This document shows positions 42,270 through 53,317 of a stretch of DNA of 64,000 bases, piece after piece. The notes below the pieces were generated by a model. The model did not search any database and was not told where the DNA came from. It worked only from the letters and a program-made list of their open reading frames with translations. Source of the DNA: Macrostomum lignano (lineage: Eukaryota). The stretch's first letter is position 1. Each line of letters opens with the position of its first letter. A program made the translations under genes and the position numbers. The stretch lies in NCBI GenBank assembly GCA_002269645.1, contig NIVC01001878.1, positions 1 through 64,000 of the forward strand, given 5' to 3'.

Positions 42270-45200
42270 CACTGACGAGCCCAAGCCACAGATAGCGATT
42301 CGACAGCCGAGAACTACACCGACATGGAGCCAAAGCCGACGAACAGCCTCAACCACAGGATGGCTGCTGCGAATAGTACTGCTCGCACTGTTCTGCACCG
42401 CGGCTGGCAACGCAACAACGGCACAGCACAGCAGCTACGTGGACACACCACTCTACTGCCCAGAAGCGAACAGCCTTCAAGCCTTCAAATTGCCTCCGGA
42501 CATCGAATGCACAGTCCCGAGTAGCATTCAACAGCATCGGCAACCGATCAACATCACAGTCTACAAGGAGAACCAGGTATCACACCGGTCTACACTGAAG
42601 ATATGTTACCGAGAGACCTACACGTTCACGAGTAAGCCACAGATTGTTGTAACATCACAAGTGGTAAGTCCAGCCATGACTGTTACTGTGCAACAACATT
42701 CAGTTTCGAAGGACGATTGTAAAACATGGGAAGAAAACACCCGAACCCAAGATGGGACTTTAGAAGCAGGAACTAAGGCTATGGGACAAGCTAAAAGATT
42801 CATTACCCATAAGTGGACAACCCAGGAATTGGAACCTACAGCCAGTACAGCTCAAACCTTCACTCAAACAGTGTCAGTCCTAATCACCCAGGTCTCATTC
42901 TTTGTGGAAGAGAAAAAGATGTCTTCGTTAGCCCTCCCTATAGGTCAATGCGACTACAAGACAGGAACCTGTACCACGACTACTAGCCTCACGGCAGAGA
43001 AGGACTCGCCACTGAACCGACAGGCACCAGACAGACTCTGGGCCGTAATGGAATACTATGATCTCAGCTACACAGTGAGAGGAGATAGACAATACCGCCT
43101 AGTATGGACACCCAGCGCAGAGATAGACTGCCCCTATCAAACAGACAGATTCATTCAAGGCAAAATTCACACTGGATGGTTCATGTCTAACGACGCTACG
43201 TTTGCCCTCACATTCAAACATCCACCTCAGACTAAGGACTTACAATGTGGAGACACGACAGTAAAGCTATACAAGTCGGAACAAGGTAAACTAGTCCAGG
43301 TGCACGGCTCAGACCAAGAGTTTCGCAGCATAATTGAAGGTTCATTCAACAATTCAAGCACCGCTAAGAGACCAAAACGAGACCTCACATCGGACACAAC
43401 GCTAGCAGCAAAATTACAAGGGCTAGAACTCACAATGGAAGACAGAATAGGCGACCTTACTCGAAACATGATACTACAACAATGCAAGCATCAGCAAACA
43501 CTGTTTCGGTACATAAAAGATCTTTTTCTTATGCAGCCCACCCTAGCAGCGCGCACTTTGTTCAAAGACAGCCAATTAAAAGCCACCACGCTAGCACAGC
43601 ATGTAGTCATTTCTAAGTGCCTACCCATCAGAAACTTTCGTTTTCACCAACCAAGATGGGATGAGAATATCTGCTTTACCAAACCACCAATTGCCTTCAC
43701 GATATTCAACATGAACCACACAGGCTTTCTAGATGTTAGAACCCTGGAAATCCAAAAGGAACACCCGCCATTTCACGATTGCTCTAACCAAACGTCGTAT
43801 TTCCTACCAAAAGGAGACGAAATCTACAAAACAGACCTCAACTTTACGAAATTTACTGTGCAAACGGTCACTAAGCTAGAAAGAGAAGCGTGGGGGGTAA
43901 CCCTCATAAAACCCCCAGAGATTCAGCATGTCATATTCACTCCTGATGGAGACATCAGGATAGCCGATCTCAAAAGCCCGGTCACAGTACACGACTTGTA
44001 CAACCAGCTAAATGACCAGAGAGAGTTCTTAAGAACTGTTTTCAAACTGCCCAAGTCAGAAACCTCTCACTCTATACATCTTCCACCGTTAGATGCCACC
44101 ATAGCGGAAGGCACCTTTGATCCAGCAAGTTGGCTACCATGGCTAGGCATGCGAGTGAATCTTTTCGATATCGCTGTAGGAGTAGCTGCCATTGGGTTCT
44201 ACATATATCTTTTATACCAAATGATCCTTATCTGCCACAGACTCAACAAACAGAAGTACCAACGTCCTGGCATCCGCACGATCCAGCGCAAAGCTGCTGC
44301 AAAGCAAGAACAGCAGGAGCTACAGGAGTTACGAGCACCGCTAGTAGCGAACTCGACAAGCCAGAACACGCGGCAGGAGACCACGACAACCAGACAGGCA
44401 CCACAGCGCCCGCCACCGTGGACGCCACCAGCACCAGCATCAACAGGACTCTACCCGAAGATAGAGTCCAGTTGGCCACCTCCGATGGTGGCGACGGTCA
44501 ACAACGGCCAGAAGCAGAAGTACACAATCACCCGACTTCAAGTGGGAACGCGATCCTGCCGAGCCCTGATCGACAGTGGAGCCGAACGATCCTTAATCGA
44601 CGAAGCCACAGCAAAGCGATACGGCAGGACCTTCAAGCCGGCCACAGTTGAACTGCAAGGAGTACAAGGCTCACGACTACAGCAATCCGGCATGATCAAC
44701 CTCCCTGTGGAAGCTGGCGACACCACGGCTGACGTTGAGTTCCACGTTATTCCCAATTTGAGTTCAGGAACTTATCAAGTCTTATTAGGCATCGATTACT
44801 TATCTCAACTAAATCAGGGCGTGCTCGTAAACTATCAGCAACAGAATATCCATCTCAACGGGAAATGCTATGACATCCTCGCTATCACTACAAAAGAACC
44901 CGTTAACTGCATCAGATTAGTCTCTACAGTCAATCTCAATCCATGGGAAACAACTCGAATTTCCGCAAGAGCCATCGCCAGAGAGAAACTACCTCCAGCT
45001 ATGCTTTTCGAACCCAACGAACGTATCCTAGAGAAGAAACCCATTTGCCTTACACCCGAATTGGTATACCCTGACGAGTCAGGAGAGGTTCAAGTCATCA
45101 TTTCAAACGAATCGGCAACCCCAATGACACTATATCCAGACACCAACATAGGATCTTTCGATACAGAAATCCAAGCCTTTGAAATTGCCGAAATCCAGTC

Positions 45201-45450
45201 AGAAACCCCAACAATGACGGAACAAGAGTTCAAGAACGCCATTGATCTCAAAGGATCCAACCTGACAGAATCCCAGAAAGAACAGCTCATTAAGGTTCTC
45301 TGGGACAACAAGAAAGCCTTTTGCCTATCCGAGGAGGAAATAGGATACACAGATGTAGCGAAACACGAGCTTCACATTAAGCCTAACGTGGAGATTAAGC
45401 TCAACAAACGGTACCCAATCCCATACCAACTCACGGGAGAACTCCAAAAA
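42118..45450 (+). CDS. env: Env-like glycoprotein fused in frame to aspartic protease and the start of RT (frame open 42118-45645, no in-frame ATG before the signal peptide)
   Basis: Hydrophobic signal-like WLLRIVLLALFCTAAG at 42361, Cys-rich ectodomain with N-glycosylation sequons, furin site RPKR at 43369-43380, TM at ~44161-44235, then ALIDSGA protease motif at 44563-44583 with no intervening stop. Confidence 0.85.
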
Positions 45451-48185
45451 TCATCGATAGAATGGAAATGCAAGGAATTCTTAGAAAAGCAGCCACCCCG
45501 TACATCTCACCAATTCTATTGGTCAAGAAGAAACCGGAATCGCCTCAAGCCAAACCAGTGTACCGTCTCTGTGTTGATTTTCGGGACCTCAACCAAATCC
45601 TGGTCCCAGAAAGGCAATGCATGCCCCGAATCCCAGACCTCTTAGCCAAATTAAAGGGATCAGAATATTTCACTACTCTCGACATGGCGCAAGCATTTTT
45701 TCAAGTGGCGCTAGAAGAAGAAAGTCAGAAGTATTGTGGCATCTCCACGCCCGACGGACAAACTTACGTCTTCACCAGAGCCCCAATGGGTCTACAAACC
45801 TCACCAGCAGCCCTCTCTAGAGCAGCTAGCTTAATCCTTCAAGGGATTAACAGAGTCTCAACATACGTAGACGACCTACTTGTCTTCAATGAGACATTTG
45901 AAGACCATCTCGAGACATTGAAAGCTACACTAGAAGCTCTAGGAAAGTACGGCATGAAGTTGAAATTACAAAAGTGCAAATTCGCTAAGCCCACAATCAC
46001 ATTCCTAGGACATAAGATAGACAAAAATGGAATACAGATTGATAGAGCTTTAGTCGACAAAGTGCAGAAGGTACCAAAGCCACAAAATGTCACACAGCTC
46101 AGATGTTTCCTAGGACTCTGCAATTTCTTTCGCAAACACGTACCTAACTACGCCAAGAAAGCCAAGCCACTCACAGACCTGCTTAAGGGCACACCGAACA
46201 CTAAGGCTCAAGCATCCAAAACCCCACTAAAGTGGACAGAAGAAGCGACCCAGACCTTTGAAGACATGAAAAAATGGATAGCAGAAGATCTCAGACTCAC
46301 TCACCCTGACTTTAATAAACAGTTCATTGTCTCCAGCGACGCTTCTACAAAAGGCATAGGCGCAATGCTCTCACAGAAAGATGAGACAGGAAAAGAAAAA
46401 CCAATAGCATTCACGAGTCGACAACTGAGAGAGGCAGAGACAAGATATGCGGTCACCCATTTAGAACTCTTAGCCGTCTTTTACGCATTCAAGACATTCG
46501 AACAATTTCTGTACGCAGCACAAATACCCACATTGCTAAGAATAGATCATGCACCACTCAGAGGTCTACTCACAGGGAAAACCCTGCGGAACAATCAGGT
46601 ACTCAGATGGCTTCTCTATTTACAACAGTTTCAAATGCAAATTGAGTACGTCCCAGGCGCATCCACCAAACACGCAGTCCCAGACGCACTCTCAAGACTA
46701 TATGAGGACCAAGAGACACCCATTAACTTTGTCACGATCAAGCACCCGATACCACACCTGCAAGCCTTAAAAGAGGCTCAAGCAGAAGACCCATTCTGCC
46801 AAGGCATTCGAGCACTATGGGAACAAAAGCCCATGGATGACAGCTTAGCTATGAGATACAAAAGACACATCCAGCGACATCTATCGGACTATGCGGATAT
46901 TCACGGAATCATTCACAGGACAGCAGATCACACCCAACAAATAGTGCTCCCATTCAAGTACCGTGAAACAATCTGCCACTCGTTACACGCACTACCACTA
47001 GCAGCGCACTTAGGCTTTGACAAAACCCTAGAAAGAATTAGGCGACACTATTTTTGGATCTCAATGGTTTCCGATATTCGAACCTTCTGTCAAGACTGCA
47101 TGGATTGCGCTAAGAACAAATCTGGCCAACTGCATAAGGGACTCATCCAAATGCCTGAAATTCCGATGAAACCAATGGACAAGCTATCAGTAGACCTAGT
47201 AGGACCCATGGTCCCCACGAAAATCCGGAACGAGACCGTCACCCACATCCTGACTATCCTGTGTTGTTTTTCAAAATTCGCCTTTGCATTCCCGATTCCA
47301 GATCTATCAGCAGAAACCACAGCCGAAACTTTGTTCCAAGTCTTCTGTATGTTTGGAATCCCGATGGAAATTTCCACCGATAATGGAAAAAATTTCACGG
47401 CATCGCTATTAGCGGAAGCTCTAGAAATTCTGGGAGTCAAGCACATCTTCTCGTCTACCTACCATCCGCAAGCAAACCACGTAGAGAGACTACACTCTAC
47501 CCTACATAACATGCTTAGACATTACACTGCGGAGAATCCAAACGAATGGCATAAATATCTATCAGCCACAATCTACGCCTACAATACAGCCAAGCAATCC
47601 TCTTCAACTTATTCTCCCTTCGAATTGGTTTTCGCAAGGAAACCCCTGATGCCCACAGAGCTCACAACTCAGCTGAACCTAGTAAGATACATGGATGAGC
47701 CGTCCTATGCAGCCCGAATGCAAGAAGCTATCACCCTGGCTAGAGACATAGCCAGACACCATCTCAAAGTGGCCCAGGAAAAGAACACAGGCAGAGCTAA
47801 CAAAAACCGAATGGCCCCTACATTAGCCATAGGCACCAGAGTTATGCTACAGATCCCAATGAGACAGGGAAAGCATCAAGCCAAGTTCACGGGTCCATAC
47901 GAAATTGTGAAAAGAAATAGTGTCACGTCCGTCATGATAAGGAAAATTGACGATCCGACTCAAGAACCCTTTCAGGTGCACACGGACAGGCTAAAGCCAA
48001 TAGCATCGCCAACACCTAAGGTACTGCTCCCCGATCTGCGCCCGAGTGATCCGCGAAGACTGCAACGCCAGCACCGGCAACTGTTCAGCAAGGAAGTGGG
48101 CGTACAAGCTGATGACGAGACGCTCGCGGACACAGTTCGAAAGAAGTACAATCTAAGGAGCAAACCCATACTCCTAGACAAATGA
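45451..48185 (+). CDS. pol: Pol: RT-RNase H-integrase, continuing the previous ORF after a 1-nt frame break in the A-run at 45446-45450
   Basis: SPILLVKK, RLCVDFRDLN, TTLDMAQAFFQV, PMG, YVDD (45864-45875), SDAS..GIGA, HLELLA, IN HHCC, VDLVGP, STDNGKNF, HVERLH, GPY. Confidence 0.95.
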
Positions 48186-48345
48186 TGTCAGGAGATGGGG
48201 GGAGAGTACAGAGACTATAAAGACTATTTGATTTACGTATTCATTCGTTGGCGTGCTGTGCACACTAGATATAGATATCCACACTAACTATTCACTCAAA
48301 TATCAATACTTAATTTTACCCTTCTAAAATTACTCATTATACCAG

Positions 48346-49128
48346 ATGTATGACCGACAGCTCGATACGCTAGATGACTGTACCCTGGGAGACGAAGATA
48401 CCCAGACACCGTGTCCTATAGTTCGACCTCTCTTCAAGCCAACATCTCACACCGAAACTGATGACCCTAAGTGGCCCGAGCAAGATATGTCAACATGGAC
48501 AGAACAACAGCTGGACAAGCTACGACAGGAATGGCAACGACGCCGACCTACGCTCCCACGACAAGCAAGCACGGCAACATCGGCGAGCAACGATTTCCGC
48601 CAGGCTAAAACACTCGCAGAGCGATTCCAAACAGCTCTGGCGGCACAGACGGTAGTTCAAAGCAAGCCGGCGCGGTATGATGAAACGAAACTGTTTGACA
48701 TTCACCAGCAGATGCTTGACATGCCACTAATACCCGCTAACATCGTCACACACCTTACTACGCGACGCATCCTGTCAGATCCTAAAGACCCACGCTGGTT
48801 ACTCTCTGACTATTCTATCTTGAACTTCAACACGACGCTCTTTTTCCTCTACGACGACACAGCTGCGTTCTCTTGTCTCCGTATCATAGTATGGAACAGC
48901 AGGGTGACGACAACCCTAATCCATCCTCGTGGACCGACCAGCACACTATCACTCCAAGCCGACATGCTTATCACTTATCTACTCAACACCTTAAATTATC
49001 ACGGCATCGAAATCAAACCCAAGGAACGGCAATCGATAGCCACGATTGCGTATTCACCGGCCAACCTACAATGGCACCACCTTTTCACAGCGTTGAAAGC
49101 AGCAGAAGGCCCCAACCTGGACCCTTGA
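48346..49128 (+). CDS. Accessory ORF of unknown function downstream of pol (260 aa)
   Basis: ATG-initiated, non-repetitive, protein-like composition, inside the LTR element; no recognised family. Confidence 0.6.
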   Translation: MYDRQLDTLDDCTLGDEDTQTPCPIVRPLFKPTSHTETDDPKWPEQDMSTWTEQQLDKLRQEWQRRRPTLPRQASTATSASNDFRQAKTLAERFQTALAAQTVVQSKPARYDETKLFDIHQQMLDMPLIPANIVTHLTTRRILSDPKDPRWLLSDYSILNFNTTLFFLYDDTAAFSCLRIIVWNSRVTTTLIHPRGPTSTLSLQADMLITYLLNTLNYHGIEIKPKERQSIATIAYSPANLQWHHLFTALKAAEGPNLDP

Positions 49129-49608
49129 GGTGCTATAGGAAGGCCCGGTTGCAAGAGAACAAAAGGATAATACAAGGGATGAAATACTGCCCTAGGGTTG
49201 TAGCGAATTGGTGGGATACCAATCCGCCTCATCCCTGAGGCACCTTCACCCACAGGTACGCTCCTTTGTTCAATGCAGCCTCACAGCAGGGCGGTCTACT
49301 CTTGGGATAAGACTAGACCAAACGAAAGTGAATTTTTGAAGCGAGCTACAACGCTATATAATCTAACACTAACCACATTAACCTTGAAACAAATTGTATC
49401 CACAAATATTGCTCATCCTGATAATTTTTGCACCCGAATTGTATCTCTCGATATATTCTCTATGTTACTCTTTATTCTCAACGTCGTGATATTCGACGCC
49501 CACTGACACTTATACACCCGATTGATAACCATGTTTATGACATACAAAATAGACTTCCCGAATATATATTGTTATTAAATAATCTAATCAATGCAATCAT
49601 TTTGCTTA

Positions 49609-49869
49609 CTAGGCAGGTAGGGCCTGGTAACGACGCCGGTAGAGGCAGCAGAATAATAGAACTAGGAGTAGACACAGGAGGAGGCCGCCGCCCCCCACTC
49701 CGCCCAGCCAACCTTGTAGTGTACGTAGCCCATAATCTTGCGAAACCGATCGTGATTCCAAGTAAAGCAGTCGCCGCTCGAGACCGACAGACCGGTCTTC
49801 CACGGCGTGTAGACGCTCCTTCAACTCGCCAATAATGCGAATCAAACGTTGCATAGCAAACTCAGACAT
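49609..49869 (-). CDS. Antisense accessory ORF: small coiled-coil protein with a C-terminal transmembrane anchor (~86 aa from ATG 49869)
   Basis: Heptad-like LIRIIGELKERLHAVEDRSVGLERRLLYLE, then GGGGLLLCLLLVLLFCCLY and RRRY stop-transfer. Confidence 0.5.
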   Translation of the reverse strand: MSEFAMQRLIRIIGELKERLHAVEDRSVGLERRLLYLESRSVSQDYGLRTLQGWLGGVGGGGLLLCLLLVLLFCCLYRRRYQALPA

Positions 49870-50185
49870 AATGAGATCAGTTAGCGTTAAGGGCAATCGG
49901 AAAACAAGCTGAATAGATAACTTTAGGGGCTACTCTCACATGCGCCGCGTTTAAAAACGGAAGGAGCCGGCGATTAGAAAAGAAAGGACCCCCCCTGCGG
50001 CTCCAAGTCCAGATTCAAAACCCCTCCCCCATGCGTCCCGCCACACCCACCACCCCATGTACGCAGGGGATAGATCTAATGTACAGTCGAACCGCTAAGC
50101 GAAGCTTTAGGCCAAGGACGATACACACTAAAACCGCCACACGGAAAATCAATAGCACACTCTTGCTTAATTTCAGAGCATTCCC

Positions 50186-50503
50186 ATGGCCACTTACTCA
50201 CCCGAAGACGCTTATGCTCGGCGACCCGGCGAAGCCTTTGTGGACGTAAATCTCCACGTCCACAAGTGCATCAAAAAGGATGCGCAGACGCAAGTCGCCG
50301 AGAGCGACATAGATGGGGGCCATTCAGTGGCCACCCAAGTTGACAACGACGCCGAGTGGGGACGCGAGATGACCCCCACGGAGATACCGTGGAGGGGAGG
50401 CGACTACACGGCCTCCAGTACCATTCGACCCTGGCCCACACTGCAGGGATATCGTCAGTACCTATGGGCCAGAAGCGGCAATGTTCAGCTTGAAGATGAC
50501 TAA
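50186..50503 (+). CDS. Possible small acidic accessory ORF (105 aa) before the PPT
   Basis: ATG in good context (CCCATGG), protein-like; no family recognised. Confidence 0.4.
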   Translation: MATYSPEDAYARRPGEAFVDVNLHVHKCIKKDAQTQVAESDIDGGHSVATQVDNDAEWGREMTPTEIPWRGGDYTASSTIRPWPTLQGYRQYLWARSGNVQLEDD

Positions 50504-50723
50504 ATACGGCCCATAGATACGACTGTGAACTGTTTCCCCTCAATTAATTTCCCAGGTTTCGCCTCTTTACACCTTTAACTATCTACGTCTCCAGACGCTT
50601 GACTCGTATACAGATTTCTAACGTCTTATATTTGATAATTTCAGTACCTGCAATGTCGTTTAGCCCTGATGTCGATTGATCAAATCCTTGTTAGCACAAG
50701 GATTTCGAAAAAAGGGGGAATCA

Positions 50724-51761
50724 TATAAGAGTTAGAAATCTGAAGTTTTGACCCCAAGTTAGAAGATAGGTAGAAATTTATGAAAAGCCCAGGCGCAGTG
50801 AAGGGCGAGGCAGAAGAGTACAATGGAACCCCTATATAGCTATTAGAAGAGCAAACAGAAGCAGCTTTAAGATAATTAATCAACTGTCAAGTCAATTTGA
50901 ATAGCCGAATCTAACAAAGCCTCCTTCCATTCCAGTTAGTAGCGTCACCCCGCCGCAGGCACAATGGCGACTAAACCGGCCGGGAAAAGCAAACTGAGCA
51001 GCAGCCTGACTTAGAGAACAACGCGGCACGCGGCATCTTCTGGCGCACCCTGAGGGAGAAAACGTGAGGCCCACCTAGAGACTCCTACCCAACCCGAAGC
51101 TGCCCAAGAAGGCGAGATCAACCCCAAGCTGCCTGACAACCGAGAGAAACAGAGGACTGTTTAATCATTCATGGACAGAGTGTAGAGACGGAAAACTAAG
51201 CACTTTTTCTATAATCTTTCTATCCCAAATTTTATCCAACTCAACACATAGATTTGCGAAAGCCCGAATAATCTCTAACCTTCACACTTAGCAACCTACT
51301 AGAACTAACTAAATTCATGTACAATTAGGGGACTGAGTCCCAGTTTGTTATTGCTCAAAACCCCCCGCCGTTGCTAACAACGCGAAGACACCCCACCGGC
51401 GGCGGGGGAGGCCAAACATGCTAATTGGTACAAATAGACGCTCATCTCAAACTGGAGCGGCGCTTCGTTTTTTTCCTGCGCAGTTATTCGATCTTGAATT
51501 GCTCCATTTGAATTAGTTTCTGGATTATCCAGTTGGCAGAAACCCGAGTCTCAAATCGATCATTTGCCTTAACTGTGACATAGGGCAAATCTTAGGGAGA
51601 CTCCAACTCAGCTTAGATACTAGGAGATCCCGTCAGTTTATACGGTCTTCTCTGACGGCCTGATAGGAGAGACTAAGAGCTGTAAGAACCTTAGACCGCT
51701 AGACATCTATCTTAAGAAAGTGAGAACGCGAACTCAAAGGCCCCAGAGAAAGACGCGTATA
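50724..51761 (+). repeat. 3' LTR of the large element
   Basis: Direct repeat of 37975-39012; preceded by the PPT, followed by TSD TATCC. Confidence 0.97.
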
Positions 51762-52621
51762 TATCCCTTTTTGTTTTACTTTTTGGTCATGAGCCAACTT
51801 CAAAATTTTCGCCCCAGTTTTTCTTTGCGCGCGCACACTCGTTATTTATGGATCGTTTGCATGGTGGGTGGCTGGGCACTGGAGGGGATCCTAACGCAAC
51901 TGCGCCTCTAGCTTAAACCGTGTCATTTTTCTAAAGAAACTGACTGTATGCAAAATACAAGTATTTACGGAAGCAGAATAACGCGGTGTCCCCATAGGTT
52001 TAATTGGGTCCTGTATCGCTATGCTAGGGCCAGATCCTAGCCCCAATCTTGGTCCCCTACACATCTACATGTAGATCCCGCGGCAGAGCCCTTCCCTGGG
52101 CTGACCCTAGGCGAGCTTAGCTCTCCACACCCTGTTTAAAAACAGTATTATTGTACTTTCGAATTAAAAATTCCAACCTAAAGATAAATCGAGGGACCGA
52201 AAGAAGACGAGAAGAAAGATATTATTTTTCCAAAATTACGGTAAGCATAGCCCGTGTTTCTACTACATGTAGCTGTTAGTAGTTTAATGTTTAGATGCAC
52301 AATCGGAAAAAATATGAAAATTTTTCTAACTTGATCTCTAATTGATAAATGTACTCCTACATGTAATTAAAAATACGATCATCCGCAGCTCCCTGCATCT
52401 TCCATTCTGCACCTTTTGTTACTGGGAGAGGACGACTTTTCGTCTCTTTATTTTAGAGACCTTAATAACATTACAGGTAAGTCTTTAATTATAATTTGTG
52501 GAACTGTAATCTCAAAGCATAAATTAGCATTTTAAAGCATAACTTGTGATTTTATGCTTTCCGTTTATTGCTTATCGGCGACGAGCTATGCACTTGATCT
52601 ACTACGATGCATGACATATAC

Positions 52622-53317
52622 CAAGGACGACTTAAGTAGAAGGACGGGAAACCTCGTTTCTTAGAAAAGTTTTGAAGGCACTTTTTCCCGAAAAATACAC
52701 TACGGAGATAGGAAGTTTTCATTTTTTCAGCACAAAAATTGTTATTGCGTTTGATAGGAGGCAGATCCAGTGTTCATCTTTTGATATGTTGTGCCTTTTT
52801 TATTGCTCTATCGATATTTATAAAGCTTTTCGTTCAGAAAATTAGGATTCTATGTTAATTTTTTATTCTACGTATATTTCCTGTATCTAAAAATCACAAA
52901 AATGCATGACGCAGCTCCAATATTTGGTTTTATGAATCTATTTTATCATCTCTGTTACAAATATTTGCTACACAGTCGGGTAAGAATGATAAAATAGACT
53001 CATGAAACCAAAGAGCCCAGCCGTGGCATTCTAATGTATTTCAAGCACAAGACACGCGAAAATATACGTAGAATAAAAAATTAACATAGAATCCTAATTT
53101 TCTGAACGAAAAGCTTTATAAATATCGATAGAGCAATAAAAAAGGCACAACATATCAAAAGATGAACACTGGATCTGCCTCCTATCAAACGCAATAACAA
53201 TTTTTGTGCTGAAAAAATGAAAACTTCCTATCTCCGTAGTGTATTTTTCGGGAAAAAGTGCCTTCAAAACTTTTCTAAGAAACGAGGTTTCCCGTCCTTC
53301 TACTTAAGTCGTCCTTG
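52622..53317. mobile_element. Foldback-type non-autonomous DNA transposon with ~258-bp near-perfect TIRs and a 9-bp TSD
   Basis: CAAGGACGACTTAAG...CTTAAGTCGTCCTTG; GACATATAC at 52613-52621 and 53318-53326. Confidence 0.92.

Larger units (their letters stand above)
37975..51761 (+). mobile_element. Complete 13.8-kb envelope-bearing Ty3/Gypsy-type LTR retroelement (endogenous retrovirus-like) with gag-env-pol order
   Basis: 1038-bp LTRs at 37975-39012 and 50724-51761 (same length, no difference seen), 5-bp TSD TATCC, PBS TGGTTCCCTGACC at 39015-39027, PPT GAAAAAAGGGGGAA at 50707-50720, PR-RT-RH-IN order. Confidence 0.96.

Noticed and set aside
40765-47446. Numerous overlapping alternative-frame and antisense ORFs in gag, env and pol of both LTR elements
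   Set aside because: Shadows of GC-rich coding sequence with no independent motifs
48700-49128. Idea that the accessory ORF C-half is a Ulp1-like cysteine protease
   Set aside because: No His-Asp-Cys catalytic pattern identifiable
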